A stretch of 26,922 nucleotides of DNA from contig CAZELK010000011.1 in NCBI GenBank assembly GCA_964513145.1, positions 1-26,922 of the forward strand, written 5' to 3'. Source of the DNA: Candidatus Woesearchaeota archaeon (GTDB lineage: Archaea > Nanobdellota > Nanobdellia > SCGC-AAA011-G17 > JACPIM01). Position 1 is the stretch's first letter. Every line of letters begins with the position of its first letter. Under the pieces are notes generated by a model. That model saw nothing but the letters and a program-made list of their open reading frames with translations, had not been told where the DNA came from and did not search any database. This document shows, piece by piece, positions 8,032 through 18,136 of this stretch. Both the position numbers and the translations under genes were made by a program.

Positions 8032-8241
8032 ATGATAATATATGAAAACCATGCAAAAAAGAGAATAATAGAAAGAAAAATAAATGAAATTTGGATATTT
8101 GAAACTGTTAAATATCCAGATTCAATAAGAAGATTTGGAAACAAATATATTGTTACAAAAAAAATCAACGGGCACACCCTAGAGTTGGTTTACATTAAAC
8201 AGCAAAAATATATAAATATTAAAACTCTATACTGGTTATAA
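8032..8241 (+). CDS. DUF4258-family (RelE-like) putative toxin
   Basis: HAKKRIIERKI...LELVY...INIKT; paired with DUF2283. Confidence 0.78.
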   Translation: MIIYENHAKKRIIERKINEIWIFETVKYPDSIRRFGNKYIVTKKINGHTLELVYIKQQKYINIKTLYWL

Positions 8242-8242
8242 A

Positions 8243-8443
8243 ATGAAAATTACATATGATACTAATTCAGATGCAATGTATATATATATTGTAGATAGAG
8301 AGGTCTTTAAAACTAAAAAAATAGATGATAATACAATTGTTGACTTAGATAAAGAAGGTAATGTTATAGGGATAGAAGTTCTTTTTATTAAAGAGAGAAT
8401 GCCTGAATTTCTGGAAGAGATTGAACTTGAGAAACTTGCTTAA
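8243..8443 (+). CDS. DUF2283-family putative antitoxin
   Basis: YDTNSDAMYI...VDLDKEGNVIGIEVL. Confidence 0.88.
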   Translation: MKITYDTNSDAMYIYIVDREVFKTKKIDDNTIVDLDKEGNVIGIEVLFIKERMPEFLEEIELEKLA

Positions 8444-8461
8444 AGCTGCTGAAAAATAAGT

Positions 8462-10978
8462 TTATGCTTGAGAATTTTGCTTTATTTCTTCTAAAAATCT
8501 TTTTGCAGTTTTAGGGACAAATTCCAATTGAGTCTTAAATATTGAGGCTGTTTTTTTCAACAATTCTTCGTCTGTGCCTTTTTCTTTTTTATTTGATGAT
8601 AAAATTAAATCTTCTTTTGCGTACTCTTTCTTTTTAACTACTTTTTTCCATTTTGTAAAAAGCTCTTCTGCTCTTCCTAAAACTTCTTCTTTTGAACAAT
8701 TTAATAGTCTAGCTGTTTCCTCCAAGATTCTGGATTCTTTATTTGTCTCTGACAATGCTGCCTTGCCTGACTTAAATTCAATTCTTACGATACTATCAGA
8801 TATTTTATTTGATTTTGTTATTTTTATCAAGCCAGCTTCTTCTGTGTTATCCAAATGTGTACCACCACAAGCTTCAACATCCAAGCCAGAGATATTTACT
8901 ATTCTGAGATTTTTTCCAATTGGTACTCCGCCCTGATAAATTAACATGCCATATTCTTTTTCAGCTTCAGTTCTTGACATGAACTTTTTTATAATTTTTA
9001 TTTTCTTTTTAACAATTTCATTTGCAGTATCTTCTATTTTCTTTACTTCTTCTAATGATAATGGCTCATAATGAGTTATGTCTATTCTAGCTTTGTCAAC
9101 ATCCTTAAATGCCCCAGCCTGATTTACATGATTGCCCAGAACTTTTTTAGCAGCAGCATTAATTATATGGGTAGTTGTATGGTGCTGCATTAATTGATAT
9201 CTTCTTTCCCAGTTAATTTCTCCTTTTATTACATCATTAATTTTTAAATCTGGTTTTTCTTTTAAAACATGAATAATTACGTTATTCTGCTTGAATACTT
9301 CAATTACTTCATTATTATCTATATATCCAGTATCGTAAAGCTGGCCACCAGAAGTACCATAGAAACATGTTTTATCCAAAATTACATTGTTATTAATTAT
9401 TTTAATTATTTTTGCCTTAAATTCTGTTTGCTTTTCATTTTTATAAAATAATAATTCTGTTTCTTGAATATTTTTTAAATCCAATTTTTCTGATTTCCCT
9501 GTTGCATGTTTTTGTTCTTGTTTTTCATGCAATTCTGAAACTTTTGCATAAAAATTATCTGGTATTTTTATCTGTTTACCTATGTTTAAAGCTTCTTCTT
9601 TAATTATTTCTGGGGGAATTCCATCAGAATCGTATAGTCTCAACAAGTCATTTGCTGTAATGTCTTTTGTAATTAATTTTGAAACAATCTGCTTTGATTT
9701 TTGCCTTGTTGCGTCGTATTTTATTTTTTCTACTTTTATTATTTTTTCAACATCACTTAAATTTTCAGATAATTCTGGAAATAAAGGCTTTAAATAAGAA
9801 GCGTGAAGTTCGAATAACTTACTTAAATCTATATTCCACTTATATTTTTCAATAAATGCCAATGCTCTTCTTAAAATTATTCTTAAGTTATAACCCCCAC
9901 CAACATTAGAAGGAAGGGCTGAGTCAGTAATTGCAACTAATAATGACCTAGTATGTTCAGCAACAGAATATAGGGCTTGCAAAGGCAATATCTGTTCTTT
10001 TAATTCTTCTGATCTTAAATTTAATTTTTTTGCAATAAATTTCCAGGAATTTTCTATATTTTCAACCTCATCTGCGTTTAAATAAGAAGAATATGGAAGA
10101 AAATCCTTCATTAATTTTTGATTTATTTTTATTCCTGTTTGTTTTTTTAAATAATCTATTATTCCTGGAAAAGTTGATTCATAACTTGTTGAAGTACCTT
10201 GTGTAAACCAGGCTGCCCTTTCCTGACCTTCACCCATATCAAGAACTTTTATTTTTAATTCTTCTATTTTATCCCCAAAAACTGCATACTGCATATATAC
10301 TTGGTTACTAATTTCAAGCCCTCTTGAAAAAAACTCCATAGAATTTCCTAAATTGCCACCACCAATCCATGCATCTTCATGAATTGTTAAATCTTTATTA
10401 TTAATTCCAAGACCTTTATTTAACCAAGTCAAATGGTCACTTAAATATTTATCTTTATTGTAATCTTTTGGGGGAACAAAGGCGTGCTGTCCAAGCATTA
10501 CAAATCCTGTAAAATGTCCTGTTAACCCAACATTATCAATATCATTAAATCTTAAACAAAATTGTGGAATTACTAACGGGTTTGCCGGTGGTTCAACTTC
10601 TCCTGAAACTACAAATGGCTGAAATGCTGCTATAGATGCCAATGTAAACTCTGCTGTTGGATTCCATCTGGCGACTGTTGGGAATCTTTTTATTGGTGTA
10701 TAACCCAGATCTTTATGTATTTTTGAAAACTTTTTCCAAACATCAATATAATCTAGTTTATTTTTAGCCGGAGAATTACCTATAAATCTAAAACCGCCTG
10801 AACAGGAAGGGTCTCCACAAATATCATTTGGCTCTATTGACCAGAAGAAATTACTGCATTTTTTACATTGATATCTTTTGAAGTCTAAACTTTTTAATGT
10901 TTTTACTGGAAAATATTTATCCGGGTCTTTTGATATTTCTTTTTTAAAATTTTGCTTTATTTCTTTTTGTGACAGCAT
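8462..10978 (-). CDS. alaS: alanine--tRNA ligase (archaeal type, apparently lacking the C-Ala domain)
   Basis: QFCLRFNDIDNVG, WIGGGNLG, HTRSLLVAITD, FYGTSGGQLYDTG; editing motifs HHTTTH and CGGTH. Confidence 0.98.
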   Translation of the reverse strand: MLSQKEIKQNFKKEISKDPDKYFPVKTLKSLDFKRYQCKKCSNFFWSIEPNDICGDPSCSGGFRFIGNSPAKNKLDYIDVWKKFSKIHKDLGYTPIKRFPTVARWNPTAEFTLASIAAFQPFVVSGEVEPPANPLVIPQFCLRFNDIDNVGLTGHFTGFVMLGQHAFVPPKDYNKDKYLSDHLTWLNKGLGINNKDLTIHEDAWIGGGNLGNSMEFFSRGLEISNQVYMQYAVFGDKIEELKIKVLDMGEGQERAAWFTQGTSTSYESTFPGIIDYLKKQTGIKINQKLMKDFLPYSSYLNADEVENIENSWKFIAKKLNLRSEELKEQILPLQALYSVAEHTRSLLVAITDSALPSNVGGGYNLRIILRRALAFIEKYKWNIDLSKLFELHASYLKPLFPELSENLSDVEKIIKVEKIKYDATRQKSKQIVSKLITKDITANDLLRLYDSDGIPPEIIKEEALNIGKQIKIPDNFYAKVSELHEKQEQKHATGKSEKLDLKNIQETELLFYKNEKQTEFKAKIIKIINNNVILDKTCFYGTSGGQLYDTGYIDNNEVIEVFKQNNVIIHVLKEKPDLKINDVIKGEINWERRYQLMQHHTTTHIINAAAKKVLGNHVNQAGAFKDVDKARIDITHYEPLSLEEVKKIEDTANEIVKKKIKIIKKFMSRTEAEKEYGMLIYQGGVPIGKNLRIVNISGLDVEACGGTHLDNTEEAGLIKITKSNKISDSIVRIEFKSGKAALSETNKESRILEETARLLNCSKEEVLGRAEELFTKWKKVVKKKEYAKEDLILSSNKKEKGTDEELLKKTASIFKTQLEFVPKTAKRFLEEIKQNSQA

Positions 10979-10998
10979 TTTTACCTACTTTTACTTAG

Positions 10999-11011
10999 AA
11001 AGATTTATATA
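10999..11011 (+). promoter_or_regulatory. BRE-TATA promoter (aaagatttatata)
   Basis: TTTATATA ends 23 bp before ATG 11034 (leaderless spacing); the same 13-mer occurs at 18248-18260 and on the minus strand at 25258-25270. Confidence 0.6.
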
Positions 11012-11033
11012 TTAACCTTTTTGAATTTTTCTT

Positions 11034-11462
11034 ATGATAAATACTTATTTAAGAAAGAATCACGACGGGACTTGGACAGATAAAACACCAGATATTCCAG
11101 CATCTATAAATTGCGAAGGCGAGTTTGTAGCTGTTACAAGAAGATACGGTGCTGAAGCTGATTTAGGCCAGGCATTAAATTCAGTAAGAACAAGAAGGGG
11201 GGATAAAGTAAATGCTGCTTTAGAGGTTGCGAAACCTTTTGGAATAGAATTTTTAGCAGCAAAATTCGGGCATTTAAATGAAAAATTAGGATTGAATGCT
11301 GTTATTGTCCCTAATAGTTATCAATTTGATGGCTGTATTTATTTTGAGTATGATTTAAGAACTAATGGGTGCATATATGTCTGTAATGTGAAGAGCAAAA
11401 AAAGCAAGCCAGTAGAAATATCTAAAGTTATTACAGAATTATCAAAAAGAAAAAAGAACTAA
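11034..11462 (+). CDS. hypothetical protein (142 aa)
   Basis: Open frame with a well-placed TATA box. Confidence 0.6.
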   Translation: MINTYLRKNHDGTWTDKTPDIPASINCEGEFVAVTRRYGAEADLGQALNSVRTRRGDKVNAALEVAKPFGIEFLAAKFGHLNEKLGLNAVIVPNSYQFDGCIYFEYDLRTNGCIYVCNVKSKKSKPVEISKVITELSKRKKN

Positions 11463-11815
11463 AATTTTAAACTGTTTAATTTTCTTTCAATCTCTTCAAG
11501 ATCCTGGGTTAATTTGTCCTTATGAGAATTTAATTTTTCTTCTTTTTTTGGTTTAACAATTCTTTCCATTTTTTCTTCAGAAGAACCCAACCATGAAATA
11601 TCCTTAAATTCCAGTGTATTTGCAAGAGATTTAGCTTCTGAAAATAATAACTTTATCTTAAAAACTTCTTTTTTCTTCTGCCTATTAATTTGAATTAATC
11701 TTTCATATTTTTTAGACAGGTAAGTTGTAAGTTTTGCAGATTCAAGAATATTTGTTCTAAGATCCACTTTATCCTTAATCATTACAAAAACTTCGCCTTT
11801 TGGATCTTGCTGCAT
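11459..11815 (-). CDS. hypothetical coiled-coil protein
   Basis: Heptad-rich (KLTQDLEEIERKLNSLKF); 1 bp downstream of the next gene. Confidence 0.7.
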   Translation of the reverse strand: MQQDPKGEVFVMIKDKVDLRTNILESAKLTTYLSKKYERLIQINRQKKKEVFKIKLLFSEAKSLANTLEFKDISWLGSSEEKMERIVKPKKEEKLNSHKDKLTQDLEEIERKLNSLKF

Positions 11816-11816
11816 T

Positions 11817-12296
11817 TTAAACTTCGAATAAATCCTTGTCTACTTTCATTAATTTCTGTCTTACTTCGTCCAAACTAGACTGCCATTCTTGAAGTTCTTT
11901 TTCTTCCTCTTCTCTTAATCTTGTTAAATTCTTAAGAACAGCGTCTGCTTCTTCTAATTTTGACTTAATTGATTCCACTGTTTTTGCAGATTCCTTATAT
12001 TTGTCTACTTTCACAAACAATGGCTTATCATCATTCCTTTCAATTGCTGTTAAAGGAGATTTTCTTGGAACAAAATCATCAAAACTAAGATCTTCTTTTT
12101 CAAAACTTGGAGCCATCTGCTTTTCAAAACTGAAATTTTCTGTTGGTATTATTTTTTTAAATTCTGGTTTAAATGGTTCTTTTTTATCATTTACTTGTTC
12201 ATCATAAAACGAAAAATTTGGCTCATTTGGCAGTCTAGGAAATTCAGGCAAAGGCAGAATTCTCTCTTCTTTTTTCTTTTTACTAAATATGCCCAT
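11817..12296 (-). CDS. hypothetical protein: basic N-terminus, Pro-rich linker, C-terminal coiled coil
   Basis: MGIFSKKKKE, LPLPEFPRLP, PLFVKVDKY plus coiled coil. SD-like aagggggtgt precedes ATG 12296. Confidence 0.75.
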   Translation of the reverse strand: MGIFSKKKKEERILPLPEFPRLPNEPNFSFYDEQVNDKKEPFKPEFKKIIPTENFSFEKQMAPSFEKEDLSFDDFVPRKSPLTAIERNDDKPLFVKVDKYKESAKTVESIKSKLEEADAVLKNLTRLREEEEKELQEWQSSLDEVRQKLMKVDKDLFEV

Positions 12297-12420
12297 TAAC
12301 ACACCCCCTTAAATAATATAAAAATAGGATTTACTTTATTAAACATTTCTTATTATTTATAAGTAGTTATTGTTCTAGAATACATAAATTATTATCAAGA
12401 TTAAATAAATTTATCTGAAA

Positions 12421-12789
12421 ATGAATGATTTAAATGAAATTAAGGAAGAAATAAAAGAATTCATGATTGAAAGAGACTGGGATAAGGCACATAATTCAAA
12501 AGACCTAATTATTGCTTTAGTAAGTGAGGTTGGCGAATTGGCTGAATGCTATAGGTGGCTTAACAATGAACAGATACAACAAATTAATTCTGAGAAAGAC
12601 AAGAAAAGAAAAATTGAAGAAGAAATTGCAGACATTCTTATTTACTTGATAATTTTAGGCTATAAAAATGACATTGATTTAATTAAGATTATTAAGGAAA
12701 AAATGGAAAAGAACAGGCTTAAATTTCCGGCTGATAAATTTAAGGGAGTAAATACTAATCCAATTATTGGGATTAAAGGAAAAACTTAA
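12421..12789 (+). CDS. MazG-like nucleotide pyrophosphohydrolase (dCTP pyrophosphatase type)
   Basis: ERDWDKAHNSKDL, EVGELAEC, EEIADILIYL, KMEKNRLKFP. Confidence 0.92.
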   Translation: MNDLNEIKEEIKEFMIERDWDKAHNSKDLIIALVSEVGELAECYRWLNNEQIQQINSEKDKKRKIEEEIADILIYLIILGYKNDIDLIKIIKEKMEKNRLKFPADKFKGVNTNPIIGIKGKT

Positions 12790-12850
12790 ATTAATTTATA
12801 AAAAAATAAATTAGTAAAACTTTTTATATATAAACAACTTGAATATTTTT

Positions 12851-13477
12851 ATGCAAATTTTAACTGAAAAAGATGCTGAAGATTTTCTTGAGAAAAAAGG
12901 GTTTCCAGTTGCAAAAAGAATTGCTGCAAAAAGTTTAGATGAAACAATTAAGGCAGCAAAGAAAATAAAATTTCCGTTAGTTTTAAAAATTATTTCTAAA
13001 AGAATAATTCATAAATCTGATGTTCATGGTGTAAAATTAAATATTAAAAATCTTGAAGAACTTGAAAAGGCTTTTAATGAACTTAAAAAAATAAAAAATT
13101 TTGAAGGTGTTTTAGTTCAAGAATATTTAGAAGGACAATATTTAATTACTGGATTAAAAAATGACCCTACTTTCGGACATGTTTTGGTTTTTGGGTTAGG
13201 AGGCATTTATACTGAAGTTTTGAAAGATGTTTCTTTTCGCGTCTGTCCAATTAATAATAAAGAAGCTATTGAAATGGTAAAAGAAATTAGGGCTTATAAA
13301 ATTCTGGAAGGAATACGAGGGGATAAGAAAGTTAATTTATATTCTATTTACAGGGTTTTATTGGCTCTTTCAGAATTATCAAAAAGATACAAAGATATCC
13401 AGGAATTAGACATTAACCCATTAATTGCAAATGAAAAATCTGCAAAAATAATAGATGCCAGGATTATATTTAATTAA
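12851..13477 (+). CDS. acdB: acetate--CoA ligase (ADP-forming) beta subunit, ATP-grasp
   Basis: FPLVLKIIS..IIHKSDVHGV, DPTFGHVLVFGLGGIYTEVLKDVSFR, ELDINPL; ATG at 12851. Confidence 0.93.
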   Translation: MQILTEKDAEDFLEKKGFPVAKRIAAKSLDETIKAAKKIKFPLVLKIISKRIIHKSDVHGVKLNIKNLEELEKAFNELKKIKNFEGVLVQEYLEGQYLITGLKNDPTFGHVLVFGLGGIYTEVLKDVSFRVCPINNKEAIEMVKEIRAYKILEGIRGDKKVNLYSIYRVLLALSELSKRYKDIQELDINPLIANEKSAKIIDARIIFN

Positions 13478-13535
13478 TTTCTGTGTAGCCAGACTTTATA
13501 CAAAGAATTAAAAATACTGCCCTGTTTATTTAATT

Positions 13536-14240
13536 ATGCTAAAAATAGATATGCATACACATTGCAATGAAGACCCTATAGACGGGTTTATTTCACATTC
13601 TGCAAAGGAATTGATAGATTATGCAGCAAAATTAAATTTTAATGTTTTATCAATAACATGCCATAATAAGGTTGTTTATTCTAAAGGGCTGCAAGATTAT
13701 GCTAACCAAAGAAATATTTTGTTAGTGCCCGGGGCTGAAAAGGATATAGAGGGAAGACATGTTCTGCTGTACAATTTTACCCAGAATGAAATAGACTTAA
13801 TTGAGAATTTTGAAGATTTAAGAAAAATAAAAAAGGAACATCATTTTGTCATTGCACCGCATCCTTTTTATTTTCACCCAAAGAAGATATCCTTATTTTC
13901 AAAGCTAGAAAATAATATTGATTTATTTGATGGCATAGAATTTTGTCATCTTTATACAAGGAGGTTAAATTCCGGAAACAAAAAGGCTAAAAATATTGCT
14001 TTAAAATACAACCTTCCTTTAGTTGCTGGCTCAGATCTACACAATTTAAAACACATGGACACTAATTTTTCCCTGGTAAACTCCAAAAAAAATATTTCCT
14101 CTTTATTCAAGGCTATAAAAAATAACAATATAGAGGTATCATCAAGACCGAGAAATACTTTTGAATTAACCAAGATTTTTGCTTTCTTTGCAACAAGCCC
14201 ACTAAAACACAAAATATTTAATAGCTTAAAGACGAATTAA
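13536..14240 (+). CDS. PHP-domain metal-dependent phosphoesterase
   Basis: IDMHTHC, SITCH, APHP, GSDLH. Confidence 0.9.
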   Translation: MLKIDMHTHCNEDPIDGFISHSAKELIDYAAKLNFNVLSITCHNKVVYSKGLQDYANQRNILLVPGAEKDIEGRHVLLYNFTQNEIDLIENFEDLRKIKKEHHFVIAPHPFYFHPKKISLFSKLENNIDLFDGIEFCHLYTRRLNSGNKKAKNIALKYNLPLVAGSDLHNLKHMDTNFSLVNSKKNISSLFKAIKNNNIEVSSRPRNTFELTKIFAFFATSPLKHKIFNSLKTN

Positions 14241-14245
14241 TCTGA

Positions 14246-14812
14246 ATGGTGTTTATATCAATTATTGAGGTTTTTTATTTAGTAATTTTAACATTTATAC
14301 TTGGTTATATTTTTTCTGGATTTATAAAAAAACCAAAAACAGAAGTTGATGTAATAGATTATGACAGACATTTTAACTGGGAAGATATTAAATATGCCAT
14401 TATAGTTGCTGCACCAGCAGTTATCCTGCATGAGCTTGCACATAAATTTGTAGCTATGCTTTTTGGATTAGATGCAGTTTTAAGAATTTTCTGGGAAGGT
14501 TTGGGGTTGGCAATATTTTTGAAAATAATAAGTTCGCCTTTTTTAATTGTGGCTCCTGCGTATGTTTCTATTTCCGGGGATGGAACTGCATTTCAAGAAA
14601 TGCTTACTTCTTTTGCCGGACCTTTGATGAATTTAATCTTATTTTTAGCAGCATACATTATTTTAAACATGGCAAGATTAACAAAAAATCAGGCAACAAT
14701 ACTTTACTTAACAAAGCAGATAAATTTATTCTTGTTTATTTTTAACATGGTGCCTATACCACCTTTAGATGGAAGCAAGGTTTTTTATAATTTATTTAAA
14801 ATTATTTTTTAG
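14246..14812 (+). CDS. site-2 protease (peptidase M50)
   Basis: HELAH zinc motif, AGPLMN, NMVPIPPLDG. Confidence 0.93.
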   Translation: MVFISIIEVFYLVILTFILGYIFSGFIKKPKTEVDVIDYDRHFNWEDIKYAIIVAAPAVILHELAHKFVAMLFGLDAVLRIFWEGLGLAIFLKIISSPFLIVAPAYVSISGDGTAFQEMLTSFAGPLMNLILFLAAYIILNMARLTKNQATILYLTKQINLFLFIFNMVPIPPLDGSKVFYNLFKIIF

Positions 14813-15491
14813 GTTTCTTTTTTGGTTTTTTATTTTTTACTGGTAGTTTTACTATTTTCTTTGCAGTTTTTTTTGGCTTTGATTTTTCTTGTCTCTTTTT
14901 CTTTCTTAGTTTTTTTTGTCTTTCTGCTTCTCTTTCCCTTTCTAATTTTCTGTTAAGCAATTTTAATTGCTTGTCTTCAAGATCTTGGAGCTCTTTGAGA
15001 TCATTTTCTATAGCTGCAATTTCCCTGTTGATTTTATCTATATTTTTTTTATTTTCTTCTCTTACAAGAATTCTACCACATTCAGGGCATTTAAACTGAT
15101 ATTCCATTGCATTTGTTGAGTCAAACCTGACACATTCGCTTGGACATGCATAATAAGTTTCGCTGTTTTCTTTTTCAAGCCTTTTTTTCAACATAGTTAT
15201 CTTGGTTTTCTTTAAATTTAATGCCAGTTCTTTAGCTAAACTTAAATTAAAAGACCAGAAATAAATATACCATCCCTTGACTTTGTCTTTTTTTCTTGTA
15301 AAATCCACCAGATTATGGCTGTTTAACCTATAAAGCATATTTCTTGCCTGATTAACAGTAATGTCTAACTTGGCAGCCAGCTTAAATTCAGAAACATTGC
15401 TTTTATTCTTTATTAAATTGACAAGTGGTACAACTTCTTTACCGCCTATTTCAAGAATTAAATCGTCAATAATTTTGTCAAGTATATTCAT
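14802..15491 (-). CDS. tfe: transcription factor E alpha subunit with Lys-rich C-terminal tail
   Basis: wHTH (SEFKLAAKL...RNMLYRL...GWYIYFW) and Zn ribbon (CPSEC...FKCPECG). Confidence 0.92.
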   Translation of the reverse strand: MNILDKIIDDLILEIGGKEVVPLVNLIKNKSNVSEFKLAAKLDITVNQARNMLYRLNSHNLVDFTRKKDKVKGWYIYFWSFNLSLAKELALNLKKTKITMLKKRLEKENSETYYACPSECVRFDSTNAMEYQFKCPECGRILVREENKKNIDKINREIAAIENDLKELQDLEDKQLKLLNRKLEREREAERQKKLRKKKRQEKSKPKKTAKKIVKLPVKNKKPKKKPKK

Positions 15492-15594
15492 GGATTATAA
15501 ATTTATTAAAATTCTTGTTTAAATATGTTGTGGTTTAAGGGCTTTTAAGCAAATAAAAAGGGTTTTATATGGGTTTAATTTAGTTATTTTAGGG

Positions 15595-17514
15595 GTGAAT
15601 GGAATCTTTAAAAAACTATTTATAATTTTATTATTACTATTGGCTTGCACAAGTGCCCAGGACTATAGTCAATATAAAGACTTAGACCTGAATTTTTACT
15701 TGGGTTCTAATTTAAGCATAATCAGGCTCACTGACAAGGCAAATATTGATTATGCAAGCGTTAATGTTCTTCTCTTGCCAAGAAATGAAAGCAGTCTAAA
15801 AATAAAAAACATAGAATTTACTTCAAGCCCGAGTGCATCTGTAAAAGTCAATGATAAGGCTACTTTTACATGGAATGAAATTAATACTGACTTGTTAAAA
15901 TTTGGGGTAATTTCAAATGTTAAAGTTAATAATGATTTTATAAAAATCAGGAGAAAAATAAATTTTCCTGTGAATTTTTCTGATGAATATAAAGAATTTA
16001 CTTTGCCTACAAAGTTTATTGACATTGATGAAGTGATAAGTGAAAAAGCACATGAATTAGTTCAGGGAGAAGAGGATCTTTATTTTGCAGTTTTTAATAT
16101 TGCTGACTGGGTCAGAAATAATGTTAAATATGACTTGAGCACTATAACAGCAAAGGCAGTTCAAAAATCTACCTGGGTTTACTATAATAAAAGGGGGGTT
16201 TGTGATGAAATTACTAATTTGTTTATATCAATGTTGAGATCTGTTGGAATACCAGCCAGGTTTGTATCTGGAACTGTTTACAGCAATTTAATAGGCACTT
16301 GGGGAAATCATGGATGGGCAGAAGTTTATTTTCCAGATTATGGGTGGGTGCCTTTTGACATTACATTTGGGCAATATGGGTGGGCTGATCCATCTCATTT
16401 GAAATTATCTGAAACTGCTGACTCTGGCGAGAACTCTGTGGAATATAGCTGGAGATCAAAAGATGTTGACATAAATATAGATCCTTTAACATTGTCTACT
16501 AACCTTGATAAATCTGGAAATAAATTCGGGTCTTTATTTGACTTAAAAATCAGCACAGTAAATGAAAATAAATTTGGATTTGGGAGCTATGTTCCTATTG
16601 AAGTAACTGCAACAAACTTAAATGATTATTACCTTGGCACGATCATAAGCATGATAAAGGCACCTGAATTAGTTGATGTTAATTTTAAGAATATTTTATT
16701 AAGACCAAGAGAAACAAAGAGTTATTATTTTATAGGGAAATTGCAAAAAAATTTAAGCAGTGATTATGAGTATACTGGTGATATAGAAGCTGTTGAATCT
16801 TTTGGCAGACATGCCTTTTATAATATTTTACTAAAGAATGACTATGCCTCTCTTGGATTTTCAGATGTCAAAGACATTATTGACAAATTAAATAAAAGAG
16901 AATTGAAAAAGATTTCCTCTTCTTTAACACTAAATTGCAAGCCTGAGAAAATTTCTTATTATTCTGATGAAGAAATAAATATTGAATGCAAAGTAAAGAA
17001 TAATGGGAATACTTTGCTTAAAGATGTTAATGTCTGCCTTAAAAACCAGTGCAGAAAGATTGAATTAAGAATTAACCAAGAGGAAATAACAAAATTAAAA
17101 ACTAAAAATGAAAAAAACATATTAATTACAGCTGAAACAAATGAATTTATCTCAAGAAATAATCTAAAAATTGAAATTATAGAAGTTCCAAATATATTTA
17201 TCAGCGGCATAAGCGATCATGTTGTTGATTATAAGGAAAAGATTAATTTAAGCTTTATTTTCAATACAGATGTAAAAGCCCATAATGTAAGCATTTTAGT
17301 CAATGAAAGATTTTTTGAGCTAAATGACCTTGACATGAACAAGGAAGTTAGCCTAACTTTATTTGGAAGAGAACTTTTAGATGGATTAAATATAAGAGCC
17401 TGGTATTATGACAAGAAAGGAAATAAATATGTAAAAGACTTTAGTTTTGAAATTAAAGTTAATAATCTCCCATGGTACAGGAGATTTATACAATTTATTA
17501 CATTCCAGAAATAA
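15595..17514 (+). CDS. secreted transglutaminase-like (Cys-His-Asp) domain protein
   Basis: Signal peptide; GVCDEITNLF..MLRSVGIPARFVSG and HGWAEVYFPDYGWVPFD give the triad; Ig-like C-terminal region. Confidence 0.9.
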   Translation: MNGIFKKLFIILLLLLACTSAQDYSQYKDLDLNFYLGSNLSIIRLTDKANIDYASVNVLLLPRNESSLKIKNIEFTSSPSASVKVNDKATFTWNEINTDLLKFGVISNVKVNNDFIKIRRKINFPVNFSDEYKEFTLPTKFIDIDEVISEKAHELVQGEEDLYFAVFNIADWVRNNVKYDLSTITAKAVQKSTWVYYNKRGVCDEITNLFISMLRSVGIPARFVSGTVYSNLIGTWGNHGWAEVYFPDYGWVPFDITFGQYGWADPSHLKLSETADSGENSVEYSWRSKDVDINIDPLTLSTNLDKSGNKFGSLFDLKISTVNENKFGFGSYVPIEVTATNLNDYYLGTIISMIKAPELVDVNFKNILLRPRETKSYYFIGKLQKNLSSDYEYTGDIEAVESFGRHAFYNILLKNDYASLGFSDVKDIIDKLNKRELKKISSSLTLNCKPEKISYYSDEEINIECKVKNNGNTLLKDVNVCLKNQCRKIELRINQEEITKLKTKNEKNILITAETNEFISRNNLKIEIIEVPNIFISGISDHVVDYKEKINLSFIFNTDVKAHNVSILVNERFFELNDLDMNKEVSLTLFGRELLDGLNIRAWYYDKKGNKYVKDFSFEIKVNNLPWYRRFIQFITFQK

Positions 17515-17515
17515 A

Positions 17516-18136
17516 ATGTATAAACTAATATTATTTGATTTTGATGGTACAATAGCCGACACTATTGAGCTTGGAATACCAATATTTAATGAACTAGCAA
17601 GAAAACATAGGTTCATTGAATTAAAATCAATTGACGAATTAAGGAATGTCAGCTTAAAAGAATTTTTTAAGAACCACAAAATTAAGAGAATAAAATTTCC
17701 CATTTATTTCAGGGAGTTTTTAATTAAACTAAATAAAAGCATGGATAATGTCAAACTATATAATGGAATGGACAAAGTCATAAAAAGATTAAATAAAAAT
17801 TATAAACTTGGGATTGTATCAGCAAATTCAAAAGACAATATCAAAAAATTTCTAAAGGTTAATAATTTAGAATTTTGCTTTGATTTTGTCTATAATTACT
17901 CACTGGTTTTCGGGAAGTCAAAGGTATTCAAGAAGATTTTAAAAAAGAAGAAATTAAATGAAAATGAATTAGTTTATATTGGCGACGAATTAAGGGATAT
18001 TATTGCTGCTAAGAAAGCCAGCATAGATATTATTTCTGTTACATGGGGCTTTAACAATAAATTAATTTTAAAAAGCCAAAAGCCTAATTTTATCGCAGAT
18101 AAGCCTTCGGATATACTTAAATTTTTAGAAAAATAA
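17516..18136 (+). CDS. HAD-superfamily hydrolase (phosphoglycolate-phosphatase-like)
   Basis: LFDFDGTIAD, IVSAN, YIGDELRD. ATG 17516 follows the upstream stop by 1 bp, preferred over the ORF-track start 17447. Confidence 0.92.
   Translation: MYKLILFDFDGTIADTIELGIPIFNELARKHRFIELKSIDELRNVSLKEFFKNHKIKRIKFPIYFREFLIKLNKSMDNVKLYNGMDKVIKRLNKNYKLGIVSANSKDNIKKFLKVNNLEFCFDFVYNYSLVFGKSKVFKKILKKKKLNENELVYIGDELRDIIAAKKASIDIISVTWGFNNKLILKSQKPNFIADKPSDILKFLEK

Noticed and set aside
17447-17515. Long overlap of the HAD gene with the transglutaminase gene
   Set aside because: HAD motif I begins right after ATG 17516; the extension is an ORF-caller artefact.
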